Positions 36,005 through 42,606 of a stretch of 42,606 nt of DNA are shown here, piece by piece. A program made the translations under genes and the position numbers. The notes beneath the pieces are model-generated. The model ran no database searches. It had not been told where the DNA came from and was given only the letters and a program-made list of their open reading frames with translations. The stretch's first letter is position 1, and every line of letters begins with the position of its first letter. Origin of the DNA: a virus. Taxonomy: Duplodnaviria > Caudoviricetes. The stretch spans positions 1-42,606 of IMG/VR virus record IMGVR_UViG_3300047403_000111, one strand, 5' to 3'.

Positions 36005-36499
36005 TCATGCAGTCCTTATCTGGATCGTCGGGATTGAGTTCGTGAGTTCCGCGCCAGGCACCGATTCGCCGCGCTTCAACGCAGCCGCAATCGCCGTCTT
36101 ATCAGGCGTAATGACCGTGCGCGTCAGTTCGGACGGTATCGCAGCTTCATCGGTAATCAGCACGCGCGGCGGGTTGTTCTTCACGCTGGCGGTCAGGTCC
36201 GGCAGTTCAACACGCTTGCGGTCCATCGCGTCCATCGCGGCAAAGGCGGCGGCGCGGAGGTTCTCGGCACGCGCCTTGTAGCGGTCGGAACGGGTTTTGA
36301 TTTCGTCCGCCCGCTGGCGCGCAGCGTCTGCCATGTCGGCGGCTTCCACGGCGGCGCGGAGAACGCCGGAAAGCAGTGCGTCGATGTCTTCCGTCACTTG
36401 CTCCGGTTCATGGAGGACGCCATCTTCGTCTGGCTCTCCGGCCAGCGCGCGTTGCAGCGTCGCTATGGCGATGCCTAGTTGATAGGTGGGGGCGCTCAT
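36005..36499 (-). CDS. Siphovirus Gp157-family protein
   Basis: Coil then KNNPPRV.I.DE..IP..PDKTAI..ALK.G..VPGAEL. Confidence 0.85.
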   Translation of the reverse strand: MSAPTYQLGIAIATLQRALAGEPDEDGVLHEPEQVTEDIDALLSGVLRAAVEAADMADAARQRADEIKTRSDRYKARAENLRAAAFAAMDAMDRKRVELPDLTASVKNNPPRVLITDEAAIPSELTRTVITPDKTAIAAALKRGESVPGAELTNSIPTIQIRTA

Positions 36500-36801
36500 T
36501 CCACACCCGCCTTCTCCAGAACGGCGCGAAGTCTGGCCAGATCGCCGACTAGAGCATGCTTATCCTGGAAATATTCGGAAGCATATGCCGCCCATTCTTT
36601 CACGCAATCGATGGCGTCGCGCAAAGCCTCCACCAGATCTGGCGCCGCCGCGATCAGGCGGGCGTTGGCTACCATAAAAGTCAAATGATCCGGATCGTCG
36701 TAATCCCCTTCTATCTCCGCGATGATATTCCGGTGTTTGTCCACAACCGTGGTTTCACAAACACCCTGAACATGCCACGGCCCCGGCGTAAACTTGCTCA
36801 T
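36496..36801 (-). CDS. Phage hypothetical protein (TPGPW..ANARLIAAAPDL family)
   Basis: Hallmark motifs MSKFTPGPW and ANARLIAAAPDL. Confidence 0.85.
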   Translation of the reverse strand: MSKFTPGPWHVQGVCETTVVDKHRNIIAEIEGDYDDPDHLTFMVANARLIAAAPDLVEALRDAIDCVKEWAAYASEYFQDKHALVGDLARLRAVLEKAGVE

Positions 36802-37079
36802 TTCTTTTTCCCCTTTGCCTGTTCGATCGCGGCTCTGGCATCCTCAGTGATCGGCCCATCGCCCAGCTTTGCCACCAACGCCCGCAAGGCGTTGAACATC
36901 GCAGGTGCCGCCGAAATCATGTGCGCATCCCTCTTTTGATAAGAGCCGACAACCGTTACCACAATGCGGCGGAAATACCCCGGCTCATTCTCCAAGACGT
37001 TCATGCATGGGTGGATAACGCCGAACTTGTTTTTGTGCTTCCCCGGCTCGGCGATCCAGAGCTTTTCCCGTCTCATCAC
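36798..37079 (-). CDS. Phage hypothetical protein (DAH.I.AAP paralog)
   Basis: DAHMISAAPAM..AL..ARAAI.QAKG; coupled overlaps. Confidence 0.75.
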   Translation of the reverse strand: MMRREKLWIAEPGKHKNKFGVIHPCMNVLENEPGYFRRIVVTVVGSYQKRDAHMISAAPAMFNALRALVAKLGDGPITEDARAAIEQAKGKKK

Positions 37080-37162
37080 ACCGCCCCCACACCAACGACC
37101 AGCACAAGCGCCCCCGCAAGCAGTAGCGCCAGGCTGAGAATTTCAGTCACCAGTTCACGCAT
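37076..37162 (-). CDS. 28-aa single-TM peptide (not in the ORF track)
   Basis: MRELVTEILSLALLLAGALVLVVGVGAV; coupled to both neighbours. Confidence 0.6.
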   Translation of the reverse strand: MRELVTEILSLALLLAGALVLVVGVGAV

Positions 37163-37419
37163 CACACACCCCCCTGAATAATCGGCACGGACAGCCCGAG
37201 CCGGAGTTGCGCCGGCGAGAACCCCTCGCCAATCATCATCACGTCTGCCGCTTGTTCAAGGCTCTCTGCATCAACGGACAGGCGGATTGCCACGTCGGCG
37301 AGCAGGTCGGCGGTGTCCTCGGATGGCCCGCGCGCGCGCAGTCTGGTCACGGCGGAGAGAGCAGCGCGGATCGTGGCTGCGGCTTCGCGGAGAGCGATGG
37401 CTTCTGTGGCAGGGGTCAT
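37162..37419 (-). CDS. Hypothetical protein, 85 aa
   Basis: GGAGG RBS; ATGA coupling. Confidence 0.7.
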   Translation of the reverse strand: MTPATEAIALREAAATIRAALSAVTRLRARGPSEDTADLLADVAIRLSVDAESLEQAADVMMIGEGFSPAQLRLGLSVPIIQGGV

Positions 37420-37757
37420 ACGTTGTCCTCCCTGTAGTGCCGCTCCGCCGCGATGAGCACGTCTCTAGCCCAAGCGCGTGTCCGTAGATACTGGCGGATA
37501 TTCTGTGAGCGGCTCGCGGCGATAGCGACCATCGTAGACGGATCGGTTTGGTATCCGTGCGCTGCCGGGAAACGGTGGATTCCACACCAGCGCAGCGCGA
37601 TCTTGCGAGCGTTAACGACGGCCAACGCCGCCGACTTGGCAGCCTCCTGCCGGCGGAACGCCGCAATCACTGCCTCGTGCCGATCCCGCTCCGCCGCCAG
37701 AGCGGGGTTGAGGTAGTCTAACTCGCGCTCGGCCTGCCATTCTGTCCGGATACTCAT
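37416..37757 (-). CDS. Hypothetical protein, 113 aa; first gene of the leftward operon
   Basis: AAGGAG RBS before ATG 37757. Confidence 0.7.
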   Translation of the reverse strand: MSIRTEWQAERELDYLNPALAAERDRHEAVIAAFRRQEAAKSAALAVVNARKIALRWCGIHRFPAAHGYQTDPSTMVAIAASRSQNIRQYLRTRAWARDVLIAAERHYREDNV

Positions 37758-37780
37758 GCCTTCCTCCTTTGTGCCCTGGG

Positions 37781-37871
37781 ACGATGCCACCACATGCCCC
37801 GCCCGTCAATAACAAAATGTGCCCCGGCGCCACATTTCTTGTTGACACCCCCGCCGGCCGCGTGGCACCTT
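37781..37871. promoter_or_regulatory. Back-to-back divergent promoters with an imperfect palindrome
   Basis: Minus TTGACG-N17-CATCGT (37809-37781); plus TTGACA (37842)-N18-CACCTT; GTCAATAACAAAATGTG..CACATTTCTTGTTGAC. Confidence 0.65.
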
Positions 37872-37877
37872 TGCGGC

Positions 37878-38090
37878 ATGACAGACGCAGAGTTCATCCG
37901 CGCCCTTGGTGGCCCGAAAGCAGTTGCTGAGTTTCTGGGCGTGAAGCCATCCGCCGTGTCCATGTGGACGCAGCGGGGGATCGCCGCCGCCTACTACATC
38001 CCGCTGTGGCAGGAAGCGACGCGCCGGAATATGTCGTGGCGCCCGCCGAACGCGGAGGGACTGTCTGTTACTGAAGATGGTCGCGGCTGA
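37878..38090 (+). CDS. Cro/YdaS-like HTH regulator, probably leaderless
   Basis: I.ALGGPKAVAEFLGVKPSAVSMW..RGI; ATG sits at the predicted transcription start, with no RBS. Confidence 0.8.
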   Translation: MTDAEFIRALGGPKAVAEFLGVKPSAVSMWTQRGIAAAYYIPLWQEATRRNMSWRPPNAEGLSVTEDGRG

Positions 38091-38145
38091 TACTTGGTAA
38101 TACCAAGCGGTGGCCTGATATCAACACAACACAAGGACAAAAAAC

Positions 38146-38391
38146 GTGCGAGTGTTTACCATCAAAACCACGATTGTGGTGCCGGACGAACCGGAACAAG
38201 CGGCGACAGCCCTGGCGGCTTTCGTGGCGGTAAAAAATGCCTTGGCGGCCGCCGGTGCGGACGTGGCGATTACGGACAAAAATGTGCGGAAGCACAAGAA
38301 AACACCCGCGAAAAATCTGGCGGCACTACGTGCGAACGCGGCGAAAGCGCGCGCCGTGGCCGCGGCCAACCGCGCCGCGCGAGCCGCCTGA
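38146..38391 (+). CDS. Hypothetical protein with basic A/R/K-rich tail
   Basis: AAGGA RBS before GTG. Confidence 0.6.
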   Translation: MRVFTIKTTIVVPDEPEQAATALAAFVAVKNALAAAGADVAITDKNVRKHKKTPAKNLAALRANAAKARAVAAANRAARAA

Positions 38392-38400
38392 ACCGAGTTC

Positions 38401-38573
38401 GGCGCCGGGGTGGTAACTCCCCACCTGAGTGCCAGCGAGCGGGGCGCTGCGGCGCCGATCCCCGCACCTGGTCAACCCTGCGGGGTTGGCGCGTTTCCTC
38501 CCGAAGCCGGCAGCCTGCCGGACAACTCCCGCCGCCGGGCGGACCAACGAACCCCACCCGGCGGCGGCTTTTT
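38401..38573 (+). ncRNA. Candidate structured sRNA/attenuator with anti-SD core and terminator
   Basis: Hairpins 38401-38433 and 38452-38492, TTTCCTCCC at 38494-38502, 11-bp stem 38529-38567 plus T-tract. Confidence 0.45.
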
Positions 38574-38585
38574 GAAGGGTCAGGT

Positions 38586-39200
38586 ATGCCGACGTTCTGG
38601 ACCAGAGAGGAAGATGCCCAGCTAGAAGCCCTGTGGCTCAATGGATATCCAACGGCGGTTATCGCTGACATGCTGCCGGGCAGGAACAAAAACAAAATCA
38701 TCGGTCGCGCGCACCGTCTCGGCCTGCCATCCCGTCCATCGCCAGTCCATCAGCTTTACGGCCCGCCAACGTTGAAAACCCATCGGCAGCAGATCCGCGC
38801 TGCCCGCGTCTCCGCCGCCCGCGCTGCCCGTCAAGGGGAGGTCCCCATGCGCACGCTGCCGCCGCTGAAGTCCCTGGCCATGCCACTCAAGCTTCCGTCC
38901 GAACCGCCGCCGCGCGCCGCGAAATCCCGCCCAGTGCGGGTTGCGATGGGGGCACGATCGGCAATGGCAATCCCGATCCAGGTCGCGCCCGCGCCGGCAG
39001 TAAGCGTAAGCCCATGGAAGCATTGCCAATTTCCTCTCACGGATGGCAAGCCCTGGGTGTTTTGCGCGGAGAAGCCCGTGGTCCGCGCGGTCGATGGCAA
39101 GGTTATCTGCGCGGCGTATTGCGCGAAGCATTATCGAGTCTGCTACACGCCCATGAACAAAGAGCCGCGCGATTTGGCGCCGTGGGTGAGGGCGGCATGA
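38586..39200 (+). CDS. gcrA: GcrA-like cell-cycle regulator
   Basis: WT.E...L..LW..G.....IA..L..R..N.IIGRAHRLGL..RPSP; C-terminal CQFP..FC..YC.KH..CY. Confidence 0.85.
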   Translation: MPTFWTREEDAQLEALWLNGYPTAVIADMLPGRNKNKIIGRAHRLGLPSRPSPVHQLYGPPTLKTHRQQIRAARVSAARAARQGEVPMRTLPPLKSLAMPLKLPSEPPPRAAKSRPVRVAMGARSAMAIPIQVAPAPAVSVSPWKHCQFPLTDGKPWVFCAEKPVVRAVDGKVICAAYCAKHYRVCYTPMNKEPRDLAPWVRAA

Positions 39201-39364
39201 GCGCGGTTACGTTTGCCCTGGTGATCCTGCTGAACGGCGCACCCACGACGGTCTATTTCCCGTCCCGTGATCTGTGTGAGGCTGGCGCACGGGATCTGCT
39301 GGGGAAATTCCGGCCGTCCGGCCCGCACATCTGCATCCCAGTCACAGGAGCAGCAACGCGATGA
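39197..39364 (+). CDS. Small hypothetical protein, 55 aa
   Basis: MSAVTFALVILL..F.S..LCE..CIP; ATGA coupling. Confidence 0.6.
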   Translation: MSAVTFALVILLNGAPTTVYFPSRDLCEAGARDLLGKFRPSGPHICIPVTGAATR

Positions 39365-39468
39365 CCCCTCTGCATCACCGCTACACCGGCATCCCGCGTC
39401 TGCGCGATGTCCTGGTCTGGATTACTGTCGTGGGGTTTGTGTGGGCTATCGGGTGGTGGATGATATGA
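39361..39468 (+). CDS. 35-aa TM peptide (not in the ORF track)
   Basis: AGGAG RBS; MTPLHHRYTGIPRLRDVLVWITVVGFVWAIGWWMI; ATGA coupling on both sides. Confidence 0.55.
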   Translation: MTPLHHRYTGIPRLRDVLVWITVVGFVWAIGWWMI

Positions 39469-40838
39469 ACGACGAATATCTGAAATTCCTGGCGAGCAAA
39501 ACGCCTATTGCTCAATCAGTCGGGTTTGAGCCACGGCCGCCGAGCCAATGGTTGTTTGATTTTCAAAAGGCCGCCGTTGAAACGTGCATTCGTCGCGGAA
39601 GATCAGCACTGTTTCTGGATACTGGTCTTGGTAAGACATTGTGCGAGCTTGAATTTGCCGCGCAATGTGCCGCCTATTCCGATGGGCCGGCGCTAATCCT
39701 GACGCCGCTCGCTGTTGCACGTCAGATCGAGGCCGAGGCATTGCGGTTTGGGTATGCCGCGAAGGTTATTCGCGATCAATCGGAAGCATGGGGCCTGGTC
39801 AATATCTGCAACTATGACCGGCTGGATCGTCTCGATCCATCGTTCTATTCGTGCATCGTGCTGGATGAATCCTCGATCCTAAAGAATTTCACCGGCAAGA
39901 CAACGCGCGCGCTTATCGATGCGTTCAAGGATACTCCGTATCGTCTAGCCGCGACTGCCACGCCAGCGCCGAATGATTTCATCGAGTTTGGCACTCATTC
40001 CGAATTTCTCGGCATCATGCCGCAAGCTGACATGCTCATCCGGTGGTTTCTTAACGATACGGCGAACACGGGAACGTGGCGGCTAAAAGGGCACGCGGTT
40101 ACGCCTTTCTGGGACTGGATGGCGTCATGGGCGATCATGGCAGAAAGCCCGGAAGATTTGGGATTTGATGGGTCACGCTTTGTCTTGCCGGAAATGAAAG
40201 TCATCCGGCACCAGGCTATGGGTGATGTGCGCGCGCCCGCTGGTTCCCTGTTTATTGAGGACGTGTCCGCGACGAATATGCACGACCTAAAGAGGCAGAC
40301 GACATCCGTTCGATCGGACAAAGTAGCGGACTTGGTAAACTCCGAACCGGATCATTCGTGGGTTGTTTGGTGCGATACTGACTATGAATCGGATGCTCTG
40401 GCAAAAAGGCTACCAGATGCTGTAGAGGTTCGCGGGTCCCATCCCGTAGATAAAAAAGAGGCTGGGCTTGCTGCGTTTGCCTCTGGTGAAAAACGCATCA
40501 TTATTACCAAGCCAAGCGTTGCTGGAATGGGATTGAATTGGCAGCATGCCGACCGGATGGCATTCGTGGGTCGCACGTTTTCCTACGAAGCTTGGTATCA
40601 GGCTGTTCGCCGATGCTGGCGTTTCGGTCAGACTCGCCCCGTTCATGTGCATTTGATCGTTGCTGAGGGGGAAGATCAGATTGGGCGCGTAATTGAACGC
40701 AAGGCTGATGATCATGCGGCGATGAAGCAAGCAATGCGGGATGCTTCGCGCCGGAACATGGGGCGCGAAAGCGCGGTCAAAGTTCCATATAATCCAACAC
40801 ACGACGGGAGGCTGCCATCATGGATATTCGCTGCTTGA
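39465..40838 (+). CDS. SNF2-like SF2 helicase/ATPase
   Basis: DTGLGKT, VLDESS, TATPAPND, GMGLNWQ, QAVRRCWRFGQ. Confidence 0.9.
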   Translation: MNDEYLKFLASKTPIAQSVGFEPRPPSQWLFDFQKAAVETCIRRGRSALFLDTGLGKTLCELEFAAQCAAYSDGPALILTPLAVARQIEAEALRFGYAAKVIRDQSEAWGLVNICNYDRLDRLDPSFYSCIVLDESSILKNFTGKTTRALIDAFKDTPYRLAATATPAPNDFIEFGTHSEFLGIMPQADMLIRWFLNDTANTGTWRLKGHAVTPFWDWMASWAIMAESPEDLGFDGSRFVLPEMKVIRHQAMGDVRAPAGSLFIEDVSATNMHDLKRQTTSVRSDKVADLVNSEPDHSWVVWCDTDYESDALAKRLPDAVEVRGSHPVDKKEAGLAAFASGEKRIIITKPSVAGMGLNWQHADRMAFVGRTFSYEAWYQAVRRCWRFGQTRPVHVHLIVAEGEDQIGRVIERKADDHAAMKQAMRDASRRNMGRESAVKVPYNPTHDGRLPSWIFAA

Positions 40839-41713
40839 ACGACGCGCACGGCGAGGAATGGACGGCGTATCATGGTGATTGCGTCTCCGTGGTTGCGCAA
40901 TTGCCGGACAATTCCGTGGGTTTTTCAGTTTACTCGCCGCCGTTCTCTAACTTATTCGTCTACTCGGATAGCCTGGCGGACATGGGGAACAGCGCCAGCG
41001 ATGCGGAGTTCATGACGCAATATGGATTTTTGCTGCGTGATCTTGCGCGCGTCACGAAGCCGGGTAGGCTGTCTGCCGTTCATTGTTCCGATCTTCCCCT
41101 GACAAAATGGAAGGATGGCATGATCGGCATAAAGGATTTGTCCGGTGATATCATCCGCGCGCATCAAGACGCCGGATGGGTTCTTCATTCTCGAGTGACG
41201 ATCTGGAAATGTCCTGTGGTGGAAATGACCCGCACCAAGGCGCTCGGGTTGCTTTACAAGCAATTGCAAAAGGACAGCACGCGCAGCAGGCAGGGCATGG
41301 CGGATTATTTGCTCGTATTCCGTGCGCCGGGTGAAAACGAGGAACCGGTAGGACAGGACAGCAACAAGTTTCCTGTTGATCAATGGCAGCAATGGGCATC
41401 CCCCGTATGGATGGACATTCGCCAGACGAACACGCTTAACGCAACCGTAGTGCGCCAGGACGCTGACGAAAAACATCTATGCCCGCTGCAATTGGATCTG
41501 ATTGAGCGGTGCCTTGTTCTGTGGAGCAACCCCGGAGACATCGTGCTTTCCCCATTCATGGGGATCGGAAGCGAGGGCGTGATGTCTATTCGTAACAAGC
41601 GCAAATTTGTTGGCGTGGAACTGAAAGAGGCTTACTGGATGCAAGCGTGTAAGCATCTAACTGACGAGGAACGTCATGCGCCATCTCTGTTTGACGTGAT
41701 GGCAGCCGACTAA
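40820..41713 (+). CDS. N4-C/N6-A DNA methyltransferase (beta order)
   Basis: GDC..SVYSPPF (motif IV) precedes H.CP and VLSPFMGIGS (motif I). Confidence 0.9.
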   Translation: MDIRCLNDAHGEEWTAYHGDCVSVVAQLPDNSVGFSVYSPPFSNLFVYSDSLADMGNSASDAEFMTQYGFLLRDLARVTKPGRLSAVHCSDLPLTKWKDGMIGIKDLSGDIIRAHQDAGWVLHSRVTIWKCPVVEMTRTKALGLLYKQLQKDSTRSRQGMADYLLVFRAPGENEEPVGQDSNKFPVDQWQQWASPVWMDIRQTNTLNATVVRQDADEKHLCPLQLDLIERCLVLWSNPGDIVLSPFMGIGSEGVMSIRNKRKFVGVELKEAYWMQACKHLTDEERHAPSLFDVMAAD

Positions 41714-42042
41714 TGCCCGCCACGCACCACTGGACCGTCGCCGAGGACGCCACCATCACCAGCATGGCACGAGCCGGCCAGTCATGGACCAAAATTGCCG
41801 CTGCTCTCGGGGTGGCCAGGCAGACAGCGCGCACTCGCGGCGCCGCGCTAGGCGTGTATTCCGGCATCGCGCTGAGCGGTGCGGGAGAGGTGGCGCGCGC
41901 AAGGGCAGCCGCGCAGGTGATCGCGCGGGAGATTGAGATCGGCCGGACGGATGATCCGCTGCCACCTGGGCATCCGCGATCATGGTCCGACTGCCTGGGG
42001 ATGCGGGAGCCGTATCCGGTTGAATTGGTGATGACGCCATGA
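41713..42042 (+). CDS. Myb/GcrA-N-like HTH protein
   Basis: WTVAED..I......G.SW..IAAALG..R...R; C-terminal PLPPGHP.SW. Confidence 0.7.
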   Translation: MPATHHWTVAEDATITSMARAGQSWTKIAAALGVARQTARTRGAALGVYSGIALSGAGEVARARAAAQVIAREIEIGRTDDPLPPGHPRSWSDCLGMREPYPVELVMTP

Positions 42043-42254
42043 CCGCCGGCCCGGTAATCGGCGACGGCTTCCTCGCCCGCGTGCCGGATTCCGAACCGCC
42101 GGAATGGCGCGGGGAAACGACAGTGTGGAATTTTAGCTATCCGCTAATCGCGCATGTCGAGACCCGCGACGGGCGGAACGTGCTGGCGATCCGGGTGATA
42201 TCGCCGGCTGGCGTGGTGCCTGAGAGCGATAGGATTGAAGGAATAGACACATGA
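42039..42254 (+). CDS. Hypothetical protein, 71 aa
   Basis: ATGA coupling on both sides. Confidence 0.55.
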   Translation: MTAGPVIGDGFLARVPDSEPPEWRGETTVWNFSYPLIAHVETRDGRNVLAIRVISPAGVVPESDRIEGIDT

Positions 42255-42451
42255 CCGACACCCCCACCCCGGAACAACTCTCCATCATCGAGCGCCTACT
42301 CGACGCGCACGCCGCTGGCGAGGACGTAACAATTTGGGAGGATGAGTTTCTGACCGACCTGGGCGAGCGATATGAGAAATATGGTCTTGATCTGCGCGTC
42401 TCGGACCGCCAGTGGGAGAGCATCGAGAAGATGGCGGAGAAGTATTTATGA
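42251..42451 (+). CDS. Acidic hypothetical protein, 66 aa
   Basis: AAGGA RBS; WE.EF..DL..R....S..Q...I..M pattern. Confidence 0.7.
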   Translation: MTDTPTPEQLSIIERLLDAHAAGEDVTIWEDEFLTDLGERYEKYGLDLRVSDRQWESIEKMAEKYL

Positions 42452-42606
42452 CCCGCCGATACCCTGAACACGACTTCCAGGCGGCGGCGCACGTCTTTCT
42501 GTGCCGTGCGCTGCCCCAGGGATTGCACTGGGGTACCGATCACGCCGGGGCACGATCTCCGGCGGCTGGCGCCAGGCTCAAGCGGCGTGGCATCATTCCG
42601 GGCATC
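42448..42606 (+). repeat. Copy 2 of end repeat: 3'-truncated second allele of the VRR-NUC gene
   Basis: Encodes MTRRYPEH..RRGIIPGI versus RRGIVPGI in copy 1. Confidence 0.95.

Noticed and set aside
38094-38585. 164-aa N-terminal extension of GcrA in the ORF track
   Set aside because: It overlaps a better ORF (38146-38391) and the structured RNA; GcrA similarity starts at ATG 38586.
39267-39464. N-terminal extension of the helicase
   Set aside because: Occupied by two small coupled ORFs; ATG 39465 fits ATGA coupling.
1-42606. tRNA/rRNA genes, IS elements, integrase/att site
   Set aside because: None recognised by eye; tRNAscan and HMM scans would be needed to exclude them formally.

Overview
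The window is an essentially complete, roughly 41.7 kb, GC-rich podovirus genome. It has a T7/BPP-1-type virion module: TerL, portal, scaffold, major capsid, tail tubular A/B, ejection proteins and two receptor-binding proteins. The early region is lambdoid-style: Cro-like HTH, RecT-like annealase, Gp157-like, GcrA-like, SNF2-like helicase plus amino-methyltransferase, C5 methyltransferase, VRR-NUC nuclease and a primase-helicase followed by an iteron cluster. GcrA-like and DUF6456-like genes point to an alphaproteobacterial host (inference). I see no integrase, cI-type repressor, DNA polymerase, RNA polymerase, tRNA, CRISPR or reverse transcriptase. The main oddities are: (1) a C5 methyltransferase whose motif IX and a 31-aa-period repeat are encoded in an overlapping +1 frame; (2) a lysis cassette with an in-frame i-spanin/o-spanin fusion, an adjacent HTH + internal signal peptide + Cys-rich fusion, and three more lipoproteins; (3) a structured sRNA-like element with an anti-SD core upstream of gcrA; (4) a 4.4 kb structural module between a split TerS and TerL; (5) an end repeat that is identical for 140 nt and then diverges, so it is not a plain circular overlap. 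All family calls come from motif recognition by eye; no searches were run.
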